Part shown: positions 15,755-24,409 of the stretch, piece after piece
Layout of the letters: each line of letters opens with the position of its first letter
How positions within the stretch are numbered: the first letter of the stretch is position 1
Assembly: GCA_963813155.1 (NCBI GenBank)
Contig: CAWEYG010000003.1
Span: 1-64,000, forward strand
Direction of reading: 5' to 3'
DNA: 64,000 nucleotides
Source: an uncultured Acidobacteriota bacterium
GTDB lineage: Bacteria; Acidobacteriota; Thermoanaerobaculia; UBA5066; DATFVB01
The notes under the pieces: generated by a model
Seen by the model: only the letters and a program-made list of their open reading frames with translations
Told to the model about the DNA's origin: nothing
Databases searched by the model: none
Translations under genes and position numbers: made by a program

Positions 15755-16156
15755 ATGAAACGTCTGCAAATCGGAACTCTCATCTCGGTGGTCTCGCTCG
15801 TCGGGGGAATCGCGCTCGCGCGGCAATCGGATTCAATGGCCTCGGGATCGACGGCGACGGAGTCGAAGTCGACGACGAAGACCAAGAGCCCGTCGGGAAC
15901 GACGAAGACGAAATCCCACTCCGCAACGGGAACCGTCAAGGAATTCGAATCGGGAAAGAAGCTCGTCGTCACGACCGCGAACAAGAAGAACCGGTCGTGG
16001 GATCTCGACGACAAAGACACGACCTACGACGTGGACTCCACGATCGCTGTCGGGTCCAAAGTCTCGGTCCTGGAAAAGACCGATGCGGACGGCAAGAAGT
16101 CGGTTTCCGTCTCGCCGTATGTCGCCAAGAAGAGCAAGAGCAAGAAAAAGTCTTAG
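15755..16156 (+). CDS. Small secreted Lys/Thr/Ser-rich protein (possible small beta-barrel)
   Basis: Signal peptide ending ALA, strong RBS, GTVKEFESGK...VGSKVSV pattern, downstream terminator. Confidence 0.75.
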   Translation: MKRLQIGTLISVVSLVGGIALARQSDSMASGSTATESKSTTKTKSPSGTTKTKSHSATGTVKEFESGKKLVVTTANKKNRSWDLDDKDTTYDVDSTIAVGSKVSVLEKTDADGKKSVSVSPYVAKKSKSKKKS

Positions 16157-16175
16157 CCCGCGAAGAGCGCGTGAC

Positions 16176-16210
16176 AACGGGCCCGACCCACGTCGGGTCC
16201 GTTTGTTTTC
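16176..16210 (+). terminator. Rho-independent terminator
   Basis: AACGGGCCCGAC-CCAC-GTCGGGTCCGTT then TGTTTTC. Confidence 0.8.
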
Positions 16211-16257
16211 CGCCGGCTTGCCGCCGGCCGTTCGAATGCCGGCGTTAAGATGGTTTC

Positions 16258-17208
16258 GTGAAGTCCTCCGTCGAGGAGCCGATGACCCCCATGCTCGCGA
16301 CGCTCGTCGACGAGCCGTTTTCGCGCCCCGGGTGGGTATACGAGGAAAAATACGACGGGTATCGCGCGATCGCCTACGTGGATGGCGGAGTGCGGATCTA
16401 TTCGCGAAACCGGAAGCCGCTGGCGTCCGCGTTTCCCGAGATCTCCGAGGCGCTGCGAAAGCTTCGCGGCCCGTCGCGGGCGGGGACGATCGTCCTCGAC
16501 GGCGAAATCGTCGCGTTCGACGGGAAACGGGTCTCCCGGTTCCAGCTCCTGCAGCGGCGGGAGCTCGGCGAATCCGTCCGCCCGGTGTTCGCCGCGTTCG
16601 ACTGCCTCGCGCTGGGCGGCAAATCTCTGCTCGCGAGACCGCTCTCCGAACGGAGGATTGCTCTCGAGTCGATCGTGCCGGAGGGCGACGGCGTCGTGAT
16701 CCGCTCGCGCCGGCTGCCGGCCGACGGGCTGAAAGCCTACGACGTCGCGCGGCGGAGGGGATGGGAGGGGATTCTTGCGAAGAGCGAGGCCTCGATCTAT
16801 CGCCCCGGGATTCGCTCGCGCGACTGGCTGAAGGTGAAGCTCCGAAAGGAATCGGAATTCGTGGTCGGCGGCTATACCGCTCCGTGCGGGAGCCGGGCGC
16901 ACTTCGGAGCGCTCCTCGTCGGCCTGTACGAGGGGGAGAGTCTTCGGTACGCGGGAAAGGTCGGCACCGGCTATTCCGAAAAGATCCTGGCCGACCTGGC
17001 GGCGAAAATGCGCCCGCTGCGAACCGCCCGGCCGGCGTTCCGCGATCCTCCCCGCGAGAAGGGCGCGACCTGGGTGAAGCCGAGTCTCGTCGCCCAGCTC
17101 GCGTTCGCCGAGTGGACGGACGACGGCAAACTCCGCCAGCCCGTGTTCCTCGGCCTGCGGAAGGACAAGAAACCGCGCGAATGCCGTTGGAGCGAACGTG
17201 AAGAGTGA
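16258..17208 (+). CDS. ligD: ATP-dependent DNA ligase (LigD ligase domain)
   Basis: PMLAT, EEKYDGYR (KxDG), LDGEIV, EGILAK, YRPGIRSRDWLKVK, GKVGTG, LRQPVFLGLRKDK. Confidence 0.92.
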   Translation: MKSSVEEPMTPMLATLVDEPFSRPGWVYEEKYDGYRAIAYVDGGVRIYSRNRKPLASAFPEISEALRKLRGPSRAGTIVLDGEIVAFDGKRVSRFQLLQRRELGESVRPVFAAFDCLALGGKSLLARPLSERRIALESIVPEGDGVVIRSRRLPADGLKAYDVARRRGWEGILAKSEASIYRPGIRSRDWLKVKLRKESEFVVGGYTAPCGSRAHFGALLVGLYEGESLRYAGKVGTGYSEKILADLAAKMRPLRTARPAFRDPPREKGATWVKPSLVAQLAFAEWTDDGKLRQPVFLGLRKDKKPRECRWSEREE

Positions 17209-18073
17209 GACGGCCACTCTCGCGGGAGTCGTGATCGGCAATCCCGGGAAGCTGTGGTGGCCGCAGGAGAAGATCTCGAAGCTCGATGTCGCGAGATTCT
17301 ACGATGCGATCTCTCCGTCGATCCTGCCCTGGCTGAAGGACCGGCCGCTGACGGCGGAACGTTGCCCGGAGGGCATGAACGGCCCCTGTTTCTTCCAGAA
17401 GAATTTCGACAAGGGGCTTCCGGGGGGAGTTCCGACGGTTCCGATCCCCTCGGAGAGCACGCGAAAGATGGTTCATTACGTGCTGGGCGGAAGCCGGAAG
17501 GCGCTTCTGGCGATGGTGAATCTCGGGTGCATCGCCGTGCACACGATGAATTGCCGGAAGGACGCGCTCGCTCGGCCCGACTGGCTCGCGTTCGATCTGG
17601 ACCCGGGTTCCGGAAAGTTCTCGGACGCGGCGAAAGCGGGAAGAATTCTCGGATCGCTGCTCGACGAGCTGAGCCTCGTTTCCTACCCGAAGACGTCGGG
17701 AAGTCGCGGGCTCCACGTGTTCGTGCCGCTTCGCCGCGGGCCGACCCAGGACGAGGTTCGCGCGTTCGCCGCCTCGGTGGGCGCGATCCTCGCGGAGAAG
17801 GCGCCGAAGCTCGTCACGGTCGAGATGTCGAAAGCGAAACGGCGCGGCCGCGTCTTCGCGGACGCCCTTCGCAACGCGTTCGGGCAGACCATCGTCTCGC
17901 CTTACTCCGTGAGGCGCCGGCCGCTGGCGCCCGTTTCCATGCCGCTCGACTGGAGCGAAGTGGACCCGAAGCTGGACCCATCGGCGTTCAACCTTCGGAA
18001 CGCCGATCGCCGGCTCGCCGGCCCGAATCCCTGGGCGGATTTCTGGAAGCGGCGGCAGTCCCTCCCGGGCTGA
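17198..18073 (+). CDS. LigD polymerase (primase-polymerase) domain protein
   Basis: RCPEG, FFQK, FDLDPG, KTSGSRGLHV, TIVSPYSVR. Confidence 0.92.
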   Translation: MKSETATLAGVVIGNPGKLWWPQEKISKLDVARFYDAISPSILPWLKDRPLTAERCPEGMNGPCFFQKNFDKGLPGGVPTVPIPSESTRKMVHYVLGGSRKALLAMVNLGCIAVHTMNCRKDALARPDWLAFDLDPGSGKFSDAAKAGRILGSLLDELSLVSYPKTSGSRGLHVFVPLRRGPTQDEVRAFAASVGAILAEKAPKLVTVEMSKAKRRGRVFADALRNAFGQTIVSPYSVRRRPLAPVSMPLDWSEVDPKLDPSAFNLRNADRRLAGPNPWADFWKRRQSLPG

Positions 18074-18083
18074 GCCCGGGTCG

Positions 18084-18398
18084 CTACTGCTTGACTTGCA
18101 ACTCGTTGTTGACCCGAACGACGCCATCGACGCCCCGCGCGACTTCGCCGGCCAACCGCCTCTCGTCCGCGTTGTGAACCTCGCCGGCGAGCGTCACCAC
18201 GCCGTTCGTCGAATTGACCTCGACATTCGTCAGCGTGGAGAGTCGGACGTCGGCCGCGAGCTTCGCCTTCACGGACGCCTTGATGCCGGCGTCGTCAACC
18301 TGACGCCCCGCCGACGTCGTCGTCTTGCACGCCGCCAGTCCGAGAAGCAGAACCAGGGCGATCGCGCCCGCCGCAGAAACCGAGAGAATCTTTCGCAT
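18084..18398 (-). CDS. BON-domain lipoprotein (OsmY-like)
   Basis: Lipobox LAAC, DDAGIKASVKAKL, VTLAGEV, VDGVVRVNNEL. Confidence 0.9.
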   Translation of the reverse strand: MRKILSVSAAGAIALVLLLGLAACKTTTSAGRQVDDAGIKASVKAKLAADVRLSTLTNVEVNSTNGVVTLAGEVHNADERRLAGEVARGVDGVVRVNNELQVKQ

Positions 18399-18446
18399 CA
18401 CTTCTCCTTCTTTCGGGACGCATTCGAGTCCCGGTCCTTCTGTGAA

Positions 18447-18462
18447 TGCACGGCATGTGCCA
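18447..18462 (-). promoter_or_regulatory. Putative sigma54 promoter (BON gene)
   Basis: Minus strand TGGCACA-TGCC-GTGCA. Confidence 0.6.
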
Positions 18463-18474
18463 CCGCGCTGCGGC

Positions 18475-18490
18475 TGGCCCGGGGCTTGCT
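18475..18490 (+). promoter_or_regulatory. Putative sigma54 promoter (18503 gene)
   Basis: TGGCCCG-GGGC-TTGCT. Confidence 0.55.
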
Positions 18491-18502
18491 CAGAGAGTCG
18501 AA

Positions 18503-19993
18503 GTGAAGACTTTCAAATCTCGGGCGCCGAAAATCGTGTCCCTGTCGATCGCGGGGCTCGCCGTCCTGCTGGTCGGTCTCGGGCTCGGGGCTGTCGTCTG
18601 GTCCAACCGGATTCTCCGCGGAGGGAAGCTCCGGTCGTGGGTGAACGTCCACCCGGAGAGACTCCTCCTCGAGTACGGCGAGGCGTCCTCCTCGTGGCCC
18701 GGCATCGTCCGGGTCCGCGGATTGAGGCTCCGGGGCCGCGATCCGAACGTCGAGTGGGAGTTTCGCATCGAGGACTGCCGGGTCCACGTGTCGCTGCCGG
18801 ATCTCTTTCGAAGGAAATTCCACGCGACTTCGGTGGAGGCGCGAGGGCTGACTTTCCGTCTCCGGCAAAGGGTCGAGAAGGGCCGGGAGTCCTCTCAACT
18901 GAAGTTTCTGCCGCCGATCGAGGGTTTCGCGGAAGTTCCCCTGCGCGGCGAGCCGCCCGCGCCTCCCGAAGACAAAGCCGAGGACCTGTGGGGCGTCCGA
19001 ATCGACCGTCTCGCCGCCTCTCCCGTTCGAGAAGTATGGGTCGACTCGTACCGTTACGAGGGAAACGCGAACCTGACGGGCGAGCTGGCCCTCCAGCCGA
19101 GACGGCGGGCCGCGGTCGGTCCGGCGACCCTCTCCTGGAACGCTGGAACGCTCTCGATTTTCGGCAAGCCCGCCGCCTCGCCAATTCGAGCCCGAATCGA
19201 TTGCCGGATCGCCGCTTACGATCCCGGCCGAGTGCGCGGCTCGGCCGTGTGGGACTTCATCAGCGCCCGCGCCGACTGGAGCGGCGAGCTCGCGGGGCTC
19301 GAATTCCTCGATCCTCTCTTCGACGGCCCGCCCCGCCTGTCGGGAGGGAAGGGAACGATGAGCGGCCGGATCCGCCTCGAGGATGGAAAGGGCGAGGCTC
19401 GAATCGCGCTGACCGCGGAAGAGGCCTCGGCGGTCTATCCGAAGGAGCGCTTGCAGGGGGCGGTGTCCGGAGAATTGAGAATGGACCCCTGGCGCCCGGC
19501 GCTCGGCGTCGCGGAAGTCGCCGGCAGCACGGTGGTCCTTCGACGCGTTCGGGCTTCGTCCGAGGGCAGCCGGGAGTGGTGGGGGGATTTCAAGGTCGTG
19601 TCCGGCCGCCTCCGTTCGGTCCGCCGTGGCCTGCGACTCACCGCGAATGCGGAAAGCAAGTGCCGCGACGCCCGCCCCCTGTTCACGCTCTTCGGAGTGG
19701 GGCTCCCTCGCTGGACCCGGGCGTTGACTGCGCTCGAGGGGTTCTCGGCGCGGTCCGGCGTCGACTTCGCTTCAGGCCTTTCGCGGATCGAGGGCTTCGA
19801 CGCGACCGGCGGGAATTTCCGCATTCGGGGAGACTCCGTTCGAATCGGCACGGCGAAACAGGGCGCTTTCCTCGTCGAGGACGGGCCGCTTCGGGTGGGC
19901 GTGGAGATCGAGGACTCGGGAACCCGCCTTCACCTGATCGGGGCGGAAAAGTGGTTTCGGGAGCAGTCCGCCTCAAGGCCCGGTCGAATGTGA
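18503..19993 (+). CDS. Membrane-anchored beta-rich hypothetical protein (AsmA-like?)
   Basis: N-terminal TM helix followed by a long alternating beta-strand pattern. Confidence 0.6.
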   Translation: MKTFKSRAPKIVSLSIAGLAVLLVGLGLGAVVWSNRILRGGKLRSWVNVHPERLLLEYGEASSSWPGIVRVRGLRLRGRDPNVEWEFRIEDCRVHVSLPDLFRRKFHATSVEARGLTFRLRQRVEKGRESSQLKFLPPIEGFAEVPLRGEPPAPPEDKAEDLWGVRIDRLAASPVREVWVDSYRYEGNANLTGELALQPRRRAAVGPATLSWNAGTLSIFGKPAASPIRARIDCRIAAYDPGRVRGSAVWDFISARADWSGELAGLEFLDPLFDGPPRLSGGKGTMSGRIRLEDGKGEARIALTAEEASAVYPKERLQGAVSGELRMDPWRPALGVAEVAGSTVVLRRVRASSEGSREWWGDFKVVSGRLRSVRRGLRLTANAESKCRDARPLFTLFGVGLPRWTRALTALEGFSARSGVDFASGLSRIEGFDATGGNFRIRGDSVRIGTAKQGAFLVEDGPLRVGVEIEDSGTRLHLIGAEKWFREQSASRPGRM

Positions 19994-20162
19994 TTGTGCC
20001 GCGTTGTTTCCCGGGTTTATACTGAAGGGGAGCTGGCCGCGCGAGTGGGGGCGAGGGCTCAAGATTGCGTCTTTTCGTCTTCGCCCCCACTCGCGGGTTG
20101 TTTGGTGGGCTCCTGTCCGGGACCCTTGCAAAAAGCATTCCCGACTCCAAGGAGGATGCGCG

Positions 20163-20456
20163 TTGAAGTACCGAAGGATCTGGATGCTCGCGAGTTGGGC
20201 CTGTCTGGCGGCCGGCTGCACAAGCCTTCGCCCCGAAGCGAGTGAGGTGCGCCTCACGCACGATTCCAAGGACGTCAACGGATGCAGGGAAATCGGATCG
20301 GTGCAATCGTTTGTCTCCTTCAGTTTCCGCAGCGCCGAGAATCAACTGAAGAACAAGGCCGCGAAGCTCAAGGCCGACACGGTTCTCGTGAGCTCGACGT
20401 TCGGCGACGACCTGGGCACCGCCTATGACTGCTCCCAGCCGCAGCCGAAGAAGTAG
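20163..20456 (+). CDS. Small lipoprotein (DUF4156-like)
   Basis: GGAGG RBS, lipobox LAAGC, GCREIGSV, NQLKNKAAKLKADTV, GTAYDC. Confidence 0.7.
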   Translation: MKYRRIWMLASWACLAAGCTSLRPEASEVRLTHDSKDVNGCREIGSVQSFVSFSFRSAENQLKNKAAKLKADTVLVSSTFGDDLGTAYDCSQPQPKK

Positions 20457-20478
20457 CCGTTGCGCTTAACCCGGAATC

Positions 20479-20508
20479 TCGAGCGCCTTTCTTTCCGGAG
20501 GCGCTCGA
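20479..20508 (+). terminator. Possible terminator hairpin
   Basis: TCGAGCGCCT...AGGCGCTCGA 10-bp stem after the stop; weak U-tract. Confidence 0.4.
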
Positions 20509-20614
20509 TTCTCGTCGCTCTCGTCCTGATCCAGCTCGGCTGCGTCACCGTGACGCTGAACCCGCATCGCACGCGTCAGGATCGGTCGCTCCGCCGCTCG
20601 CCCACCCGACCGTC

Positions 20615-20905
20615 ATGAAATACGTTCTGTTCTACGGCGGCGCGGAGAATTTGGAGCTCGCGCGCGAGCTCTTCCCGGCGCACCGGGCGGCCTGGAAGGA
20701 TTTTTTGGACCGGAAACAACTTCTCATGATCGGCCCGTTCTCGGACCCGCGCCAGGGCGCGATGGGAGTCTTTGCGACGCGCGCGGCGGCCGAAGAATTC
20801 GTGCGCATTGATCCGTTCGTCCTTCGAGGCGTCGTGAAGAGCTGGGAGCTCAGGGAGTGGCTCGAGGCCGTCGTTCCGGAAGAGATCGACTCACCCCGCG
20901 GGTGA
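20615..20905 (+). CDS. YciI family protein
   Basis: PAHRA, IGPFSD, DPFVLRGVV...WELREW. Confidence 0.85.
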   Translation: MKYVLFYGGAENLELARELFPAHRAAWKDFLDRKQLLMIGPFSDPRQGAMGVFATRAAAEEFVRIDPFVLRGVVKSWELREWLEAVVPEEIDSPRG

Positions 20906-20907
20906 AG

Positions 20908-20987
20908 CGGCGTTCCCAACGGGAATCGAACCCCTCGCGCCGCAAAGGCGCGTGAGACAAACGCTCCGCCGTGAAAGGGCGGCGTCC
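20908..20987 (-). pseudogene. Degenerate 3' copy of tRNA-Glu with an inserted hairpin
   Basis: Near-identical anticodon arm and T-loop/3' acceptor strand of the adjacent tRNA-Glu; no 5' acceptor or D-arm. Confidence 0.7.
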
Positions 20988-21000
20988 GGAAGTTGATAAG

Positions 21001-21075
21001 TGGCGTCCCCAACGGGAATCGAACCCGTGTCCCCGCCGTGAAAGGGCGGTGTCCTAACCGCTAGACTATGGGGAC
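21001..21075 (-). tRNA. tRNA-Glu (TTC)
   Basis: GTCCCCATAGTCTAGCGGTTAGGACACCGCCCTTTCACGGCGG...GGTTCGATTCCCGTTGGGGACGCCA cloverleaf with CCA. Confidence 0.97.
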
Positions 21076-21164
21076 GCGGCGCGGAGGCGGGATTTTAGCA
21101 CGGGCGCCACAGCCGTATCCGCCGGCCGAATTGTTTCTAAGGGCCCCCGCGAAAAAGATGGCGA

Positions 21165-21240
21165 TGGTGAGTCGGGCGGGGCTCGAACCCGCGACCCACG
21201 GCTTAAAAGGCCGTTGCTCTACCGACTGAGCTACCGACTC
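21165..21240 (-). tRNA. tRNA-Lys (TTT)
   Basis: GAGTCGGTAGCTCAGTCGGTAGAGCAACGGCCTTTTAAGCCGT...GGTTCGAGCCCCGCCCGACTCACCA. Confidence 0.97.
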
Positions 21241-21277
21241 GGGCGGCGTGAAGTTTAGCGCACGCGCGAGCGAGCGT

Positions 21278-22621
21278 CTATTCCGAGGAACCCGGCAGGC
21301 GATTCCAGAAGGCGTCGTGCCGGGTGAGGATCGTTTCTTCGCGGCGGGGCCCCGTCGACACCGCGACGGCCGTCGCCCCGCACTGTTGCTCGAGGAAGGA
21401 GACGTACTCGCGGGCCGCGCCCGGGAGATCTTCGAACTTCGTGATTCCCACCGTCTCGCTCTGCCAGCCGGGAAGCGTCTCGTAGACGGGCTCGAGCTTT
21501 TCGACATCCTCCACGTCGGCCGGAAATTCCGTGATCCTCTGTCCGTTCAGCGTGTAGGCGACGCAGACGGGTAGCTCCGGCAGACGGTCGAGAACATCGA
21601 GCTTCGTGATCGCGAGGAACGACGCGCCCGAGAGCTCGACCGCCGTCCGGGCGACGACCGTGTCGAGCCAGCCGGTGCGCCGCGGGCGCCCGGTCGAAGT
21701 CCCGAACTCGTTGCCGCGCTGGCGCAGATACTCGCCGACTTCTCCCGAGAGCTCCGTCGGATGGGGGCCCGCGCCGACTCGCGTCGTGTAGGCCTTCACG
21801 ACGACGAGGGAATCGGAAAGCGCCCCCGGAGGAATGCGAAGTCCCGCCGCGAGCCCGGAGCTCGTGCACGTGGAAGAGGTGACGTAGGGATACGTCCCGG
21901 CGCTCTGATCGAGGAGCGCTCCGTGCGCGCCTTCCGCGAGGAGGGAGTTTCCCGCGCGAAGATGGGCCCGGGCGATTGCGCCCGTGTCGGCCACGAGGGG
22001 GACGAGGCGTTTCGACTGCGCCGAAAGCGACTCGAAGACTTCCTCGGGCGAGGGGATCCTTTCGGAGAGGCCGAGGGCCTGCGCCAGGCAGCCCAGCTCG
22101 CGCGCGAGGCGCTGGATTTTCGGGAGCAGCGTGTCGAGGTGCCGGAGCGATCCCATCCTGATGCCGGATCGGGCCGCCCGCGTCTCGTACGCGGGGCCGA
22201 TCCCGCGCAGCGTCGTACCCAGTTTCGACTGGCCGGCCGCCTCTTCGCGGGCGGCGTCGAGAAGCCGGTGGTAGCAAAGAATGACGTGCGCGCGGTCGGA
22301 GATTTTCAGAAGCCGCTCGACCTCCACACCGGCGGATTGAACGGAGTCGATCTCGGAGAGAAGGGCTTCGGGGTCGACGACGACGCCGTCCCCGATCCAG
22401 GCCTGCTTTTCGCGGAAGATCCCGGCCGGCAACAGGTGAAGGGCGAAGTGGCGTTCGCCGAACCGAACGGTGTGGCCGGCGTTGTGGCCCCCGTGGTAGC
22501 GCGCGACGGCGTCGAACCGGTCCGCGAGCAGATCGACGAGCTTGCCCTTGCCCTCGTCCCCCCACTGGCCTCCGAGCACCGCGAGAGTCTGAATTTCGTT
22601 CTTCGACAAGCGGCGCAACAT
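21278..22621 (-). CDS. purA: Adenylosuccinate synthetase
   Basis: GGQWGDEGKGK, GGHNAGHT, GTTLRGIGPAY, EFGTSTGRPRRTGWLD; true start may be TTG at 22609. Confidence 0.97.
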   Translation of the reverse strand: MLRRLSKNEIQTLAVLGGQWGDEGKGKLVDLLADRFDAVARYHGGHNAGHTVRFGERHFALHLLPAGIFREKQAWIGDGVVVDPEALLSEIDSVQSAGVEVERLLKISDRAHVILCYHRLLDAAREEAAGQSKLGTTLRGIGPAYETRAARSGIRMGSLRHLDTLLPKIQRLARELGCLAQALGLSERIPSPEEVFESLSAQSKRLVPLVADTGAIARAHLRAGNSLLAEGAHGALLDQSAGTYPYVTSSTCTSSGLAAGLRIPPGALSDSLVVVKAYTTRVGAGPHPTELSGEVGEYLRQRGNEFGTSTGRPRRTGWLDTVVARTAVELSGASFLAITKLDVLDRLPELPVCVAYTLNGQRITEFPADVEDVEKLEPVYETLPGWQSETVGITKFEDLPGAAREYVSFLEQQCGATAVAVSTGPRREETILTRHDAFWNRLPGSSE

Positions 22622-22653
22622 ACTCCAGTTCACCGGCGAAGTCGAGCAACGAG

Positions 22654-22847
22654 CAGATCTCCGGCAAGGGCGGCGGCGGGGCGTTCCGGGAGGGAAGCGT
22701 AACTTTTCGAGCTTCCAAAGTGGTCCTCCGAGGAACGGGCGAATCTCGCGAGAAAAGTTGGCCGAGCGGCGGCCCGGGATCGATTCCACAGAGTAGGCCG
22801 CTGCGGCTTCCCGACGGAACGCCCCGCTGGCGACCCGTCGGCGTCTG
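22654..22847. other. ~195-nt highly structured intergenic element (ncRNA or MITE-like)
   Basis: Long closing stem plus two internal hairpins found by manual pairing. Confidence 0.5.
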
Positions 22848-22885
22848 AACACCGCGAGGTCCGTGAGCAGGTTAAGATCGCTCTC

Positions 22886-24400
22886 ATGAAATCGGTCCGT
22901 TTAGACGGCGAGAGATTCACGCTCGAGGATCTCGTCGAGGTCTCGAAGGCGCCGTGCGCCGTTTCGCTTTCGTCCTCGTCCCGCCGGCGGATCAACGCCT
23001 CGCGGCGGGTCGTCGAGCGCATCGCGCGCAGGGGCGAAGTTTCGTACGGCATCACGACGGGATTCGGGCGTTTCTCCGACATAGTCATTCCGCCGGAGAG
23101 CCTCGCGAAGCTCCAGAAGAACCTCATCCGCAGCCATGCGGCCGGCGTCGGTGAGCTGCTCCCGCCGGAAGCCGTTCGGGGAATGATCGCCCTGCGGGCG
23201 AACACGCTCGCGCGCGGGTATTCCGGCATCCGCCTCGAGACGGTCGAGGCGTTGCTCGCTCTCCTCGCGAAAGACGTGCTTCCGGCGATTCCGGCGCGGG
23301 GTTCCGTCGGGGCGTCCGGCGATCTCGCGCCGCTCGCGCATCTCGCGCTCGGGTTGATGGGAGAGGGGGAGGCGTTCTACCGGGGACGCCGCATGCCGGC
23401 GCGGGAAGCGCTTCGGCGCGCCCGGCTGCGGCCGGTGGAGCTCGAGGCGAAGGAAGGCCTCGCGCTGATCAACGGGGTGCAGATGTCCTGCGCGGTGGGC
23501 GGCCTCGCGCTTGCCCGTGCCCGGCGATTCGCGAAGGTTGCGGACCTCGCGGGCGCCATGTCGCTCGACGCGTCCCGGGGAAGCGACGTCGCTTTTGACC
23601 CCCGGATCCTGAAGGCCCGGCCCCATCCCGGAGCGCTCGACTCCGGGAGAAACCTGCGCCTTCTGCTGAAGGGGAGCGCGATCCGCGAATCGCATCGCGA
23701 CTGCGGCCGCGTCCAGGACAACTACGCGCTGCGCTGCATGCCCCAGGTCCACGGAGCGGTGCGGGACGGGCTGGACTATGCCGTGCGGGCGCTCTCGATC
23801 GAGATGAACTCTGCGACCGACAATCCGATGGTCTTCGCGAAGACGGGCGAGGTCCTCTCCGGCGGCAATTTTCACGGCGCTCCGGTCGCCGCCGCGTTCG
23901 ACCTCGCGGCGATCGTCCTCACCGACCTCGCGTCGATCTCGGAGAGGCGCCTGGAAAAGCTCGTCAACCCTTCGCTCTCCGGCCTTCCCGGATTTCTCAC
24001 GCCGGAGGGAGGCGTCCAGTCGGGGTTCATGATGGCGCAGGTCACGGCGGCGGCGCTCGTGTCCGAGTGCAAGGTCCTGTCGCACCCGGCCTCGGTCGAC
24101 TCGATTCCGACGGGAGCGGCGAAGGAGGACCATGTTTCGATGTCGTCCATCGCGGCGCGAAAGCTCTCCAGCGTCGCCGACAACGTCGCGGGAGTGCTCG
24201 CGATCGAGCTGCTCGCGGCGTGCCAGGCCCTCGATCTCCTGAAGCCGCTCAAGAGCTCCGCTCCGATCCAGGCGGCGCGCGGCGCGATCCGCCGGAAGGT
24301 TCGCACATGGACCGACGACCGGTACATCGCCCCGGACCTGGAGGCGGGACGGCAGCTCGTGGAGACGGGATTCGAGGATCTGCTCGGAGAGCTCGCGTAG
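22886..24400 (+). CDS. hutH: Histidine ammonia-lyase
   Basis: YGITTGFG, GSVGASGDLAPL (MIO), KEGLALING, QDNYALRC, SGGNFHG, EDHVSM. Confidence 0.96.
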   Translation: MKSVRLDGERFTLEDLVEVSKAPCAVSLSSSSRRRINASRRVVERIARRGEVSYGITTGFGRFSDIVIPPESLAKLQKNLIRSHAAGVGELLPPEAVRGMIALRANTLARGYSGIRLETVEALLALLAKDVLPAIPARGSVGASGDLAPLAHLALGLMGEGEAFYRGRRMPAREALRRARLRPVELEAKEGLALINGVQMSCAVGGLALARARRFAKVADLAGAMSLDASRGSDVAFDPRILKARPHPGALDSGRNLRLLLKGSAIRESHRDCGRVQDNYALRCMPQVHGAVRDGLDYAVRALSIEMNSATDNPMVFAKTGEVLSGGNFHGAPVAAAFDLAAIVLTDLASISERRLEKLVNPSLSGLPGFLTPEGGVQSGFMMAQVTAAALVSECKVLSHPASVDSIPTGAAKEDHVSMSSIAARKLSSVADNVAGVLAIELLAACQALDLLKPLKSSAPIQAARGAIRRKVRTWTDDRYIAPDLEAGRQLVETGFEDLLGELA

Positions 24401-24409
24401 AATAGAACC

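Noticed and set aside
20111-20130. Sigma54 promoter before the DUF4156-like gene (CCTTGCA)
   Set aside because: TTGCA is present but there is no GG at the required -24 spacing.
11745-21075. Integrated mobile element ending at tRNA-Glu
   Set aside because: No integrase or transposase (TopIB is not a recombinase); the tRNA-like duplicate is adjacent to the tRNA rather than at a distant boundary; no obvious compositional shift.
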